Assembly: GCA_963813225.1 (NCBI GenBank)
Contig: CAWEYB010000001.1
Location: 1,408,362-1,472,361, forward strand
Reading direction: 5' to 3'
Length of the DNA: 64,000 nucleotides
From: an uncultured Chloroflexia bacterium
GTDB lineage: Bacteria; Chloroflexota; Limnocylindria; Limnocylindrales; CSP1-4
Both the position numbers and the translations under genes were made by a program. Under the pieces are notes generated by a model, which worked only from the letters and a program-made list of their open reading frames with translations, had not been told where the DNA came from and made no database searches. Shown here in pieces: positions 47,171 through 57,225 of the stretch (positions within the stretch are counted from its first letter, which is position 1; each line of letters opens with the position of its first letter).

Positions 47171-47351
47171 GTCCTGACTCTATACCAATTCCACGCGTGT
47201 CCGCCCTAAGGCCTCATCGACCCCGAAATAAGGTCGAGTGACCCCGCCGAATACACCGAACGCTCGATGTCCGAGGGGCGCCCTTACGACCAGCATGCGG
47301 ATATCGACCGCAACCCCGCCGGTCGGACGAGAACGAAGGTCGGTGAACGAG

Positions 47352-47570
47352 ATGACCCGGTACGAGAGGAGACACTTCTTCGAGAGACTCGTCCAGCTTC
47401 GGGCGCTGTATCGCCTGCGCGGCGCCGACGACTCGGTCGCCGAGCTGTCCATGGACGCGGCGATCGCATACGCCGAATGCCTGCTGGCGGACGAGCCCGG
47501 CCTCGCCGAGAGCCTTGATCCGGACCGGTCCGAGCGCCTCGGATCCGTGCCACCGGAAAGCGTCAGCTGA
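47352..47570 (+). CDS. hypothetical 72-aa protein
   Basis: ATG 47352 follows GAAGG, inside track ORF 47238..47570. The product is MTRYERRHFFERLVQLRALYRLRGADDSVAELSMDAAIAYAECLLADEPGLAESL... Its stop overlaps the convergent oxidoreductase stop by 8 nt. No homology is recognised. Confidence 0.4.
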   Translation: MTRYERRHFFERLVQLRALYRLRGADDSVAELSMDAAIAYAECLLADEPGLAESLDPDRSERLGSVPPESVS

Positions 47571-49035
47571 CCGACACGTTGACGGTATGCCAGCCACGCG
47601 CCCCGTCGGGTGCAGGCGGCGACGGCTGCTCCGGCTGGACCGCGCCCGTGCCGTCGGTAGCGCGGACCTGGATCGTGTGGCCGCCCGGCTGAGCCGCCCA
47701 GTCGTACACCCACTGGACCCAGGTCGCGTTCGAGATCGGGGTGGACAGCCGGGCGTCCTGCCACAGGCCGTCGACCGACACCTCGACCCGAGAGATGCCG
47801 CGGTCCGGTGCCCAGGCGATCCCGGCGATATGGACCTGGCCGGCCTGTGCGCCGCTGCGCGGCGTATCGATCCGCGACTGCGTCAGGATCGGGGCCTCCT
47901 TCGACCAGCCGAGCGGCACCCAATATCCGTCGAACGACTCGAGCGTCGTCAGCTCGAGCTCGGCCAGCCACTTCGTGGCCGACACGTAGCCGTACAGCCC
48001 GGGCACGATCAGGCGCGCCGGGTAGCCGTGGTTCGGCGGCAGCTGGACGTCGTTCATCTTCAGCGCGATCATCGGCTCACGCGCCGGGTCCATGACCCAC
48101 GCGGTCGGCATCCCGGCGGTGAAGCCGTCCACGGACCGCCCGACGAGCTGCGTCGCCGCGGTCTGGACGCCGGCCATGTCGAGGACGTCGCGCAGGCGGA
48201 CGCCGGTCCACTTGGCGTTGCCGACGAGGGTGCCGCCGACCTCGTTGCTGACGCACGAGATCGTGACGTACTGCTCGAACATCGGCAGGGCGATGAGCTG
48301 CTCCCAGGTCAAAGTCGTCTCGCGGTCGACGAGCCCGTGGATCTTGAGCGTCCAGGAATCGGTATCGACGACCGGTGTCAGGAGCGCCGTGTCGATCCGA
48401 TAGAACCGATCGTTCGGCATGACGATGGGGGTCAGGTCGGGGATCGTCGTGGACAGGTCCTCGGTCGCGTCAAGCGCGGGCACGGTCACCGAGGCGGGCG
48501 GGATGGGGGGCCCGCTGCTGACAGGAGCGACGCGCTGGCGATCGAGGAGCGAGCGCCCGAGGTAGCCCGCGGCCACGGCCGCGACACCGACGGAACCGGC
48601 CCGGATCATGAACGATCGGCGCGACCAGTCGGGCATCGTGGCGCCACGCCGGCCGGTCGCCACGCGCCTGGCCGATCCATCGAGCAGCCACGACAGGACC
48701 CACAGCCCGACGCCGACCGAGATCGCCGCCGAGGCCGCGGCGACGCCAGAGCTCGCCAGTGGATCGTCGAGCGACGCGAAGAAGCCGATGACACCGAAAA
48801 GCACGAAGACGACCGCCGCGATCTCGAAGCGACGCCGCGCGAGCAACCCGAGACCGGCGCCGATGACGAGCGAGATCGCGACGATGATGAGCTCGAATGC
48901 GAGCTTGTCGTTGGTGCCGAACAGCGAGACGGCGATGTCCTTCGCGCCCGGCGGCTGATGGTCGATGAGCCACTGTCCGACCGCCGCGACGAGCGACGTC
49001 GCCCCGGGCAGGAGACCTGCCAGCAGCTCGGACAC
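47563..49035 (-). CDS. molybdopterin-dependent oxidoreductase (sulfite-oxidase fold) with N-terminal membrane domain; N-terminus probably incomplete
   Basis: Track ORF of 490 aa (GTG 49035). It has N-terminal TM helices, a twin-arginine-like RRSFM and the Mo-ligand Cys context YVTISCVSNEVGG. GYPARLIVPGLYGYVSATKW and a C-terminal Ig-like dimerisation domain are also present. In-frame sense (...SIRAAAVAGVAAVAAALG) continues upstream of 49035 without a start codon. Confidence 0.85.
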   Translation of the reverse strand: MSELLAGLLPGATSLVAAVGQWLIDHQPPGAKDIAVSLFGTNDKLAFELIIVAISLVIGAGLGLLARRRFEIAAVVFVLFGVIGFFASLDDPLASSGVAAASAAISVGVGLWVLSWLLDGSARRVATGRRGATMPDWSRRSFMIRAGSVGVAAVAAGYLGRSLLDRQRVAPVSSGPPIPPASVTVPALDATEDLSTTIPDLTPIVMPNDRFYRIDTALLTPVVDTDSWTLKIHGLVDRETTLTWEQLIALPMFEQYVTISCVSNEVGGTLVGNAKWTGVRLRDVLDMAGVQTAATQLVGRSVDGFTAGMPTAWVMDPAREPMIALKMNDVQLPPNHGYPARLIVPGLYGYVSATKWLAELELTTLESFDGYWVPLGWSKEAPILTQSRIDTPRSGAQAGQVHIAGIAWAPDRGISRVEVSVDGLWQDARLSTPISNATWVQWVYDWAAQPGGHTIQVRATDGTGAVQPEQPSPPAPDGARGWHTVNVSVS

Positions 49036-49189
49036 GCCGAGCGCGGCAGCGACCGCGGCGACACCGGCGACGGCCGCGGCACGTATCGAATCGCCTGGTC
49101 GCTTCGAGAGGTTGCTGAGGTGCCGGGCGTGACGACCTGACTGTGGTGCTCACGCAGGCATCATCGCGGCTCGGTGTGACGTTCGCATG

Positions 49190-50038
49190 TCAACCGTCTG
49201 CATCCGTCCCGCGCTGCGACGTCATGCGAGCCCAGGCGCGTCCGTCGCGTCGCTCGACCCGGATCGGCAGGCCGAAGGCCCGGCTCAGGACGTCGTCCCG
49301 AAGGACCGCGGCGAGCGGCCCGGCCGTCACGACCCGGCCGTCGGCGAGGACGAGGCCATGCGTGAAGCCTGACGGGATCTCCTCGACGTGATGCGACACC
49401 AGCACGATGGCACGCGGGCGCTCGGCGGCGGCCAGGGCGGCGAGGTCGGCGAGCAGCGTCTCCCGCGCGCCGAGGTCCAGGCTGGCGGCGGGCTCGTCGA
49501 GCAGCAGCAGGTCGGGATCGGGCATCAGCGCCCGCGCGATCGAGGCACGCCGGCGTTCGCCCGCCGACAGCGTCCCGAATGCGTGGTCCGCGACGCCGCC
49601 GAGCCCGAGGTCATCGAGCAAGGCGCGTGCTCGCTCACGATCGGCGTCGCTGTAGACGTGCCACCAGGGCTCGGTCGCGGCATGGCGGGCGGTCATCACC
49701 AGGGTGACCGGGGTCAGGTCGGAGCGGAGCCCGCCCTCGATGGCGCTCCCGGCCGACCCGATGCGCCGGCGCAGCTCGCGCGAATCGACCCGGCCGTACC
49801 GCTCGCCGAGGACCTCGACGCTCCCCGTGGTCGGCCACAGCTCGAGACCGATGCACGACAGGAGGGTGGTCTTGCCCGAGCCGTTCGGCCCGAGCACGAC
49901 CCAGCGCTCGCCGTCTCGGATCGTCAGGTCGAGCGGGCCGAGGATCGTCCGCCCGGCACGCCGCACCGTGAGCTCGCGGACCTCGACCACCGGCGGACGG
50001 CCGTCGCCGGACGCCGTGTCGATGGCCGCCTCGGTCAC
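49190..50038 (-). CDS. ABC transporter ATP-binding protein (stand-alone ATPase, YlmA/ModF-like)
   Basis: Track ORF 49190..50038 (GTG start). Walker A GPNGSGKTT, signature LSAGERRR, Walker B LLLLDEPAA, H-loop VSHH. No permease gene is adjacent. Confidence 0.88.
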   Translation of the reverse strand: MTEAAIDTASGDGRPPVVEVRELTVRRAGRTILGPLDLTIRDGERWVVLGPNGSGKTTLLSCIGLELWPTTGSVEVLGERYGRVDSRELRRRIGSAGSAIEGGLRSDLTPVTLVMTARHAATEPWWHVYSDADRERARALLDDLGLGGVADHAFGTLSAGERRRASIARALMPDPDLLLLDEPAASLDLGARETLLADLAALAAAERPRAIVLVSHHVEEIPSGFTHGLVLADGRVVTAGPLAAVLRDDVLSRAFGLPIRVERRDGRAWARMTSQRGTDADG

Positions 50039-52847
50039 GAAGGGTTCGGGCCGGTCGAGGGTTCCGCCGTGGGCTCCGCGGTGGGCTCGGGGTGGGCGTC
50101 GGGGTCGGCTTCGGGGTCGGCTTCGGCTTCTCGGTCGGCGCCGGCGTCTCGGTCGGTGGCGGCTCGCTCGGTGGTGCGGACGGCTCGACCGACGGCTCCA
50201 CGGACGGCGTCGCGGTCGGGCTCGCGGGCGGGCAGGGGAGGGCGGCCACCCCGGACCCCGATGGTGTCGGGATCGCGAACGACGGCGTCACCCCGCTCGC
50301 GTCCGGGGTCGGCACGACGAAGCACGTCGGGGACGGACTCGGCTTGCCGCACGATCCGCCGACGACCACACCCCAGCTCGAGCCGTACGGGTGGAACAGG
50401 CCGTTGTAGAAGTAGGCCGTCCGCGTGCGGTTGGGACCGCCGGCCACCCCCGGACCCCTGGCCGCTCGTCGCAGCCAGTCCTGGTCAGCCTGCATCCACG
50501 GTCCGAAGCCCGTCTCGACGTGCACTGCGGCGACGACATCGATGCCGCAGGTGTCGGAAGCAAGGGGAGCCTTCGGCTCGGTCCCTGCGATGTACAACTC
50601 GTTGACCGCGTTCTTTGCAGACGGCGCGGGAAAGCCGGTGAACGGATCGATCTTGACCCGGACCAGGCCACCGGGTGCCTTGAAGTCGGTGACCGGCCAT
50701 TTCCCGCTGGCCTCCTGGAGGAAGCCCTGCCACTCATACGTGGCCACGTCGATCGAGAAGAGGGGGGAACGGGCAGTCGAGACGAGGCTGTTATCCGAGT
50801 TGCCGTCCCATACCCCGACCGCCAGGGCGTAGGCGCCGGCCGACCGCCCGGCATCGGTCGGTGGCGCGATGTACCCGTAGGCGTTGAGGTCCTTGGCATC
50901 GTTGTTGGTGCCGGTCTTGAGGGTCGCCGGCCGGCGACCGCCGGGGCCGGTCACGGAGAACTTGCCCCAGAACGGGTTGACCTTGGGGTTCGTGTTGCCG
51001 GCGAGGATGTCGGTGACGATGTAGGCCGCCTGTGGGCTGACGGCCTGCGTGCCGGCGGGCGGCGTGTAGGCCGGGACGTTGGGGGCCTCTTTGCCGCTGG
51101 CGTCCGTGACCGCGAGGATCGTCGTGTGGGGGATCTCCTTGCCGCCATTGGCGAGGGTGCCGTACGCGGTCACGAGGTCGACCGGGCGCACTTCCTGGAC
51201 GCCGAGGGCGAGGGCGAGCTGCGCGGTCCGCGCGCCCTGGAACTGGATGCCGAACTGCTGCGCCTTGGCGAACACGCGGTCGGGGCCGTTGATGGCCATG
51301 ACCTTGACGGCCGGGATGTTCAGCGAGAACTGCAGAGCGTTGCGCACCCGGACCGGACCGCGCTCGAGGTTGTCCGCGTCGTTGGGCGTGTAGTTCCCGA
51401 AGTCGGTCCCGACGTCCATCAGCATCGTCCCGGCGGTGATCTTCTTGTCGTCGATGGCGGTCACGTAGTTGAACGGCTTGAACGCCGAGCCGGGCTGGCG
51501 GTAGCCCTTGCCGACGACGTCGTACTGCGGCTGGAACTCGGGCTTGGTCGAGGTCGCGTAGTAGTCGGCGCTGCCGACGTAGGCGACCAGCTCGCCGGTC
51601 TGGTAGTCGAGCGCCACCAGGGCGCTGTTCCGGAGGTCCTTGTTCTTGAGGTTCGCCATCCACGGCTCGAGCTTCTTGAACCCGAGCGCCTTGGCGGCGG
51701 CCGTGGGGTTCTTGGCGTGCGGCACGATGGCGGCCGCCTTGACCCACTTCTCGGCGATCTTCTGGAGGCCGACGTCGAGGGTCGTGATCACGCGCAGCCC
51801 GCCCCGCTGCATGGCGTCGCACGTATCGGCGTCTGGGCCGCACAGCTTGGCCGTCAGCTCGTCACGGACCGCCCAGACGAAGTGCGGGGCGATCCAGTTC
51901 TGGGTGGTCTGGCTCGAGAGGACGACGGGCTCCTTCTCGGCGGCCTTGAACTGCGCCGCCGTGTACTGGTCGCCCGACATCGGGGTCCGCCCCTCGGCCA
52001 GCAGCTCCAGGATCTGGTTGCGGCGCTGGACGACGGTCGTCGTGGGCGGCACGACCCATTCCGACTCGGGGCACGGGTCGCCCGCGGCGACGTCCGTCGT
52101 GCACTGTTCGATGTGGTTGCGCACGAGGTCGTAGTTCGACGGCGACTTCGGCAGCCCGGCGATGATGGCCGCCTGGGCCGGGTCGATCTTGGAGATGTCG
52201 ATCCCGAAGTACGAGTCGACCGCGGCCTTCACGCCATAGGCCTGGTTGCCGTAGTAGTTCTGGTTGAGATAGGCGGTGATGATCTTCTGTTTGCCGTCCA
52301 CACCGGGGTACGCCTCGGTCAGCCTGATCGACTGGATGATCTCCTTGAGCTTGCGCTCGGCCGTGCGGTGCGGGTCCTGGACCAGGGCCGGGTCGAGCAG
52401 CCGCTCGCGGACGAGCTGCTGGGTGATCGTCGACGCGCCACGACTGTCGCCGCGAAGCGACCCGAGCGTCGCCGAGATGATGGCGACGGGGTCGAAGCCT
52501 GCGTTGTCCCAGAAGGTCTTGTCCTCGACAGCGGTGGTCGCGTCGAGCAGGACCTTGGGGATCTCGTCGAACTGGACGGCCTCGCGCTTGGCATCCCCGA
52601 AGCGGGCCAGCTCGATCTTGCCGGTCCGGTCGTAGACGATCGTCTGCTCGGGCAGGACGTAGTTCTCGAGCTGGCTCGGGTCGGGCAGGTCGGTCGCGAG
52701 CGAGCGATAGATGCCGATCGCGGCGACGGCCGTGATGGCGCCCAGGCCGGCGAGGAACGCGAACAGGATGATGGCGAGCCAGCCGACGGTCGTCGGGCTC
52801 GTGCGGCGCGGGCGTCGAGGGCTGGCGGCGGGTCGGGCGGCGGACAT
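50035..52847 (-). CDS. class A penicillin-binding protein with Pro/Thr/Glu-rich C-terminal tail, paralogue of 18831..21503; 3' end needs a frame change
   Basis: Track ORF 49635..52847. It has a TM helix. GT51 motifs: EDKTFWDNAGFD, GASTITQQL. Transpeptidase motifs: SxxK in QPGSAFKP, and KTG in LKTGTNND. The tracked frame reads about 400 nt into the ABC gene. Switching frame within 50040-50110 gives ...PEPTAEPTAEPSTGPNPS-TGA (50035-50037), which forms a GTGA overlap with the ABC start. Confidence 0.88.
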
Positions 52848-53023
52848 CAGGAAGGACGGACTCCAGAGTCTGGGCTGGCGGTACGGGGCGGGTGATCCGC
52901 CCTAGGATGCCGGACGAACGCGATACGCGACGTTTCGGCGGTGGCGCGCGACATCACAGACGTCTGCGGCCGTGGTGAAGACGGGCGGGATCGCTCCGAT
53001 GTGTCGCCCCGGGCTCAGGAGCG

Positions 53024-53690
53024 TCATGCGGGCGCGTGAGCGGCGCGAGCGGCCGCGACCGCGGCCGCGGCTGCGGCCGCACGCTCGTGGATCGCGGCCG
53101 GCTGCCCGTCACCCAGGAGCCAGCCGCCGAGGCCGACCGCGACGGCACCCGCGGCGATGAACGCCGGGATGGACTCGAGCGTCACGCCGCCGGTCGGGAC
53201 GACCGTGATCGCTGGGAACGGTCCGCGCAGCTCGCGGACGAACGCAGGCCCGAGGCTGGACGCGGGGAAGACCTTGATCGCGGCAGCGCCTGCCCGCCAC
53301 CCGGCGAGGACCTCGGTCGGGGTGGCACAGCCTGGCAGGACCGGGATCCCGCGCTCGGCGGCCCACGACACGATCTCGGTATCGAGGTGGGGCATGACCA
53401 GGAACGTCGCGCCGGCGTCGATGGCTCGGCGAGCGGCATCGACCGACAGCACCGTCCCGGCGCCGATGTCGAGCCCGAGCCGTGACGCGACCGCGGCGGC
53501 CGCCTCGATCGCGCGGAGCGCGTCGGCCTCGGGATCGTTGAGGGTCAGCTCGAAGGCGAGCACGCCGCCCGTTGCAAGGGCCTCCGCGACCGCGGGCACA
53601 GCCTCCGGGCTGATGCGCCTGCCGATCGCAACGACACCGCCCCGCCGACAGACCGGCCGGGATCGCGGGTCGTGTCGTCGCGTCGGTCAA
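53024..53690 (-). pseudogene. eda: KDPG/KHG aldolase (Eda), one +1 frame break about 17 codons after the start
   Basis: TTG 53690 gives MTDATTRPAIPAGLSAG (track 53109..53690). The sense then continues one base downstream as GVVAIGRRISPEAVPAVAEALATGGVLAFELTLND...AAAIKVFPA (Schiff-base Lys)...VVPTGGV (track 53024..53599). Confidence 0.85.
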
Positions 53691-53766
53691 AGGGCACCTC
53701 GTTCGCGATGAAGATGTCGGGCTCGTCTGACCCTAGACTACGGGGAGCACAGGCAAAGGAGCGAAC

Positions 53767-54429
53767 ATGGCGCAGGCGGTCCCATCGGAGGCGACAGGCG
53801 TGGAGGCCGCGGCAGGCGAGCGATACCTGCTGCTGGCCGACATCTCCGGTTACACCGGCTTCATGACCGGCGTCGAGGAGGAGCACGGCGTCGACTTCAG
53901 TGGGGGCATCCCGGCCGCCTACTCGGTGCTGGGGAACTTGCTCGATGCCGTCGTCGAAGGCGTGAGGCCCGATCTCGCGCTGGTCAAGCTCGAAGGCGAC
54001 GCCGTCTTCGCGGCCGCGCCGGCTGGCGGGCTGGACGGTCAGGGCGAGCGCGTCCTCGACACGATCCGGACGACCTACCGGTCGTTCATCGAGGCTCGGA
54101 CGCGAGCCATCCCCGCCAACGACCACGTCTGCATCGCGTGTCCCGCCGTCGCGCACCTCGACCTCAAGGTGGTCCTCCATCGTGGCCAGGCCGTCCGCCA
54201 GTCGGTCGGGTCGGGCAGCGACCTGCTCGGGCCGGCCGTGACGGTCGCCCATCGCCTGCTCAAGAACACGGTGCGCGAGCAGATCGGGGCGCGCCCCTAC
54301 ATCTTCATGACCGATGCCGCCGCGGCCGGGCTCGGTGTGCCCGAGATCGGGATCGCGCACGGCGAGGACTACGCCGACGCCGGGCGGGTCCAGGGCCGTA
54401 TCGTCGAGCTCGGCTCGCCACAGACCTGA
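53767..54429 (+). CDS. DUF2652-like protein (nucleotidyl-cyclase-like fold)
   Basis: Intact track ORF. The start ERYLLLADISGYTGFM and the later LVKLEGDAVFAAAP resemble the DUF2652 / class III cyclase-homology pattern (metal-binding D...D). Confidence 0.65.
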   Translation: MAQAVPSEATGVEAAAGERYLLLADISGYTGFMTGVEEEHGVDFSGGIPAAYSVLGNLLDAVVEGVRPDLALVKLEGDAVFAAAPAGGLDGQGERVLDTIRTTYRSFIEARTRAIPANDHVCIACPAVAHLDLKVVLHRGQAVRQSVGSGSDLLGPAVTVAHRLLKNTVREQIGARPYIFMTDAAAAGLGVPEIGIAHGEDYADAGRVQGRIVELGSPQT

Positions 54430-54493
54430 GCCTGCCGACAGCGTCTTTCGGACCGAGCGGGACGGATCGGCACGCGGCTTCGTCTACCGTCAC

Positions 54494-55123
54494 ATGGATG
54501 GTCTTCAGGTGATACCGGCCAGCCCGGTCACGGCGGACGTCGCGGCGCTCGAGGACGGCGATGCCCTGACGCCGACCCTGGTCGCGGTCGAGACGAGCGC
54601 GAACGAGACGTTCGAGGCGATCTACGAGGCGAACTTCCGCGCCGTCTACCGCTACGCGCTGCTCGCCACCCGGCGATCCGCCGACGCCGAGGACGTGGTC
54701 TCCGATACGTTCGCCAGGGCGCTCAGCGCCTGGACGCGCGGCCACGGTCCGGCCGGCCGGCCGCTTCCATGGCTCCTCCTCATCTGTCGCCGCATCGTGA
54801 CCGATCGCTGGCGCCGGCAGCGACTGATCGGCTGGTTGCCGATGGTGCAGTCCGGGCGTCGGGGCTCCGATGGCGATGTCGAAGCCGGCGTCGACCCCGG
54901 GGCCGACGACGATGCGTTCCGAGTGCGCGAGTTCTGGCTCTGGCTCGACTCGGTGACCAGGGTGCTTCCCCACCGACAACGTGAGGTGCTGTTCCTCCGC
55001 TACGAACGCGACCTGGACGATGACGACATCGGTCAGGTCCTCGGCCTCACGGCATCTGGCGTCCGGTCGCTGACGGCCCGCGCCATCGCCTCGCTCCGAC
55101 GTCATCCGGAGTTGCTGCAATGA
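54494..55123 (+). CDS. ECF-subfamily RNA polymerase sigma-70 factor
   Basis: ATG 54494 lies inside track ORF 54314..55123. Region 2 is FEAIYEANFRAVYRYALLATRRSADAEDVVSDTFARAL. Region 4 is LPHRQREVLFLRYERDLDDDDIGQVLGLTASGVRSLTARA. Confidence 0.88.
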   Translation: MDGLQVIPASPVTADVAALEDGDALTPTLVAVETSANETFEAIYEANFRAVYRYALLATRRSADAEDVVSDTFARALSAWTRGHGPAGRPLPWLLLICRRIVTDRWRRQRLIGWLPMVQSGRRGSDGDVEAGVDPGADDDAFRVREFWLWLDSVTRVLPHRQREVLFLRYERDLDDDDIGQVLGLTASGVRSLTARAIASLRRHPELLQ

Positions 55124-56058
55124 CCACATCCGATCGCGACCCGATCCTCGACGCCTTCGAACGCCGCCTGGCGGCCGTCGAACGGCTCGTGCCGACAAGC
55201 CCGCCGACCCTCGTCGGCCAGGCCGACGGCAAGGCGATCAAGGTCGTCGCCGGGACGGCGGTCAGGCGCGGCCAGCGATCGGGCTCCGGCCGGCGAACCA
55301 ACCTCGTCCTTGCCCCGATCGGCATCGCGGCGATCGTCATCGCGGCCGTCGTGGGTGCCGGCATCGTGAACCGCCCGGTCGACGTCCCTGGTGGGGTCGC
55401 TTCGCCATCGGCTTCGTCGTCGCCTGCGGCGCTCGCCGTCTGTCCGGTCCCATCGGCCTCGGGCGTGCCGCGACCGTCCGTCGGGCCGTGTCGCTATCTC
55501 ACGATCGCGTTCCAGCCGGCTCTCGAGCTCCAGGTCGGAAATGGCTGGACGATCCTCACCGATTCGCCCGCGGAGCTCTCGCTCCAGGCCGCCATCGCCG
55601 GGTCCGCACCCTCCCAGATCGGGACGCTCACGATCGCCGCCCTCGACAACGTGGCCGTGGACACGTGCGTGGCCGTCGGCGATGCCGGCAAGACGCGACC
55701 GTGGGCGCCGTCCTCGCCGGATGCCGGACCAAAGGAGCTCATGGATTGGATCGAGAACGGGAGCGGCATCCCGCACAGCCCGCCAACCCCCGTGACGATC
55801 GACGGTCACGCCGGGCTCGAGACCGATGTCTCGCCGGGCGTCGGATCGCTCGAGTCATGCGGCCGGGTCGCGTTCCTGGCGAAGCTCGGGTCGGACGATC
55901 AGTCGCTCCGGATCGGCGAGAACGAGGCGACGCGACTGGCGGCCATCGTGGTCGGTGACCGGACGATCATCGTCGCGACGCACGTGCCGCGGGCCGCTCT
56001 CCTGGAGACATTCGCCTCGACCGTGGAGCCCCTGGTCGGATCGATCACCTTCCGATAG
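55120..56058 (+). CDS. putative anti-sigma factor: single-pass membrane protein with ~210-aa extracytoplasmic domain
   Basis: Intact track ORF with an ATGA overlap with the sigma-factor stop. A short cytoplasmic N-terminus is followed by the TM helix LVLAPIGIAAIVIAAVVGAGIV. There is no HxxxCxxC zinc motif. The assignment rests on position and topology only. Confidence 0.6.
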   Translation: MTTSDRDPILDAFERRLAAVERLVPTSPPTLVGQADGKAIKVVAGTAVRRGQRSGSGRRTNLVLAPIGIAAIVIAAVVGAGIVNRPVDVPGGVASPSASSSPAALAVCPVPSASGVPRPSVGPCRYLTIAFQPALELQVGNGWTILTDSPAELSLQAAIAGSAPSQIGTLTIAALDNVAVDTCVAVGDAGKTRPWAPSSPDAGPKELMDWIENGSGIPHSPPTPVTIDGHAGLETDVSPGVGSLESCGRVAFLAKLGSDDQSLRIGENEATRLAAIVVGDRTIIVATHVPRAALLETFASTVEPLVGSITFR

Positions 56059-56071
56059 ATACGATAGGGCG

Positions 56072-56755
56072 ATGACATCCCAGTTCCGGGTGCTCGTCGA
56101 ACAGCCCACCAAGGGCAAGCGGTGGGTCGCCGTCGCGGCGGACTGGCCCGGTCTCGAACGGGGCGCCAAGACGGAGGACGAAGCGGTCGAGAAGCTCGTC
56201 CGCTACGTGCCGCGCTACCTCCCGGTCGCGAAGCGCGTCCGGCTCGGCTCGGAGCTCGAGGCGCAGACCGACGTCGACATCATCGGCCGGTATCAGGGGG
56301 TCGGCTCGACCGACTTCTGGGGCATCTCGTTCGCGCCGTCGCCGCTCGACCGCGAGCCATTCGACGCGCCGACCTTCGATCGCAATGCGCGGCTGCTCCG
56401 AGCGGCGTGGGCCGAGTTCGACGAGACGGCCGCCCGCGTCTCGGCGGAGCTCCGGCCGGGCGTCCGGGGCGGCGGCCGCTCCCGGGACCGGATCATCCAG
56501 CACGTCACGGGGCAAGAAGGTGGCGATTTCTCCAAGCGTGTCAACGTGCCGGCCGAGTACGGGGACCTGCCGACGCCGGCCGAGCTCGCCGAACACCGCG
56601 ACCGCTTCGTCGAGGCGATGCGTGCGTGGTACGAGGAGGGCAAGAAGCTCGGAAACGGCAACTGGACGATCCCGTACCTGCTCCGCCACGCGGCGTACCA
56701 CGTGCTCGACCACACCTGGGAGATGCAGGACCGGGACCTGACGAACGACGTCTGA
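56072..56755 (+). CDS. hypothetical protein: HicB-like N-terminal domain fused to a DinB/YfiT-like helical domain
   Basis: ATG 56072 lies inside track ORF 55826..56755. The N-terminus FRVLVEQPTKGKRWVAVAADWPGLERGAKTEDEAVEKLVRYVPRYL resembles UPF0150/HicB. The C-terminus has His-rich helices (IIQHV..., YLLRHAAYHVLDHTWEM) like DinB-superfamily proteins. Confidence 0.6.
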   Translation: MTSQFRVLVEQPTKGKRWVAVAADWPGLERGAKTEDEAVEKLVRYVPRYLPVAKRVRLGSELEAQTDVDIIGRYQGVGSTDFWGISFAPSPLDREPFDAPTFDRNARLLRAAWAEFDETAARVSAELRPGVRGGGRSRDRIIQHVTGQEGGDFSKRVNVPAEYGDLPTPAELAEHRDRFVEAMRAWYEEGKKLGNGNWTIPYLLRHAAYHVLDHTWEMQDRDLTNDV

Positions 56756-56826
56756 CTGATGCACCATCTGACGAGCGGGCGCGGAGCCCAAGACCCAGGT
56801 CGACCGCTCGGACGGGGAGGACAGCG

Positions 56827-57210
56827 ATGACGCCACGGACAACGTCGATCAGCCAGGTCAGGACCATCGCCATCCCGGCCGCCGATCAGGAGCGATCCCT
56901 CGCGTTCTACACGGACGTCCTGGGCTTCGAGAAGACCCTTGATGCGCCATTCGGACCAGGACAACGTTGGATCGAGGTCAGCCCGCCCGGCGGTGGCGCC
57001 ACGGTCGCGATCCCGCCCCTCGGCGACTCGACACCAGGCGTCGACACTGGTATCCGATTCGAGACCGGCGACGCCGAGGCAGACCACGCAGCTCTGCAGG
57101 CCGCCGGCGCCGACGTGGACCCAGACATCCTTCGCCTCCCGGGCGTCCCACCGATGTTCACCTTCCGCGACCCGGACGGAAATCGCCTCTACGTCGTCGA
57201 GCGCATGTGA
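56827..57210 (+). CDS. VOC family protein (glyoxalase/bleomycin-resistance fold)
   Basis: ATG 56827 lies inside track ORF 56122..57210. The sequence is ...IAIPAADQERSLAFYTDVLGFEKTLD...RWIEV...FTFRDPDGNRLYVVE. Confidence 0.8.
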   Translation: MTPRTTSISQVRTIAIPAADQERSLAFYTDVLGFEKTLDAPFGPGQRWIEVSPPGGGATVAIPPLGDSTPGVDTGIRFETGDAEADHAALQAAGADVDPDILRLPGVPPMFTFRDPDGNRLYVVERM

Positions 57211-57225
57211 CGGTCGAGGCGACGC

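Noticed and set aside
49635-50034. C-terminal 130 aa of the tracked PBP ORF overlapping the ABC ATPase gene
   Set aside because: The tail turns into Arg-rich nonsense exactly where it enters the ABC gene in another frame. A frame change gives a natural stop at 50035-50037. I treat it as read-through caused by an indel.
49704-52895. 1063-aa plus-strand ORF opposite the second PBP and ABC genes
   Set aside because: It is an antisense shadow ORF in GC-rich DNA with no recognisable domain.
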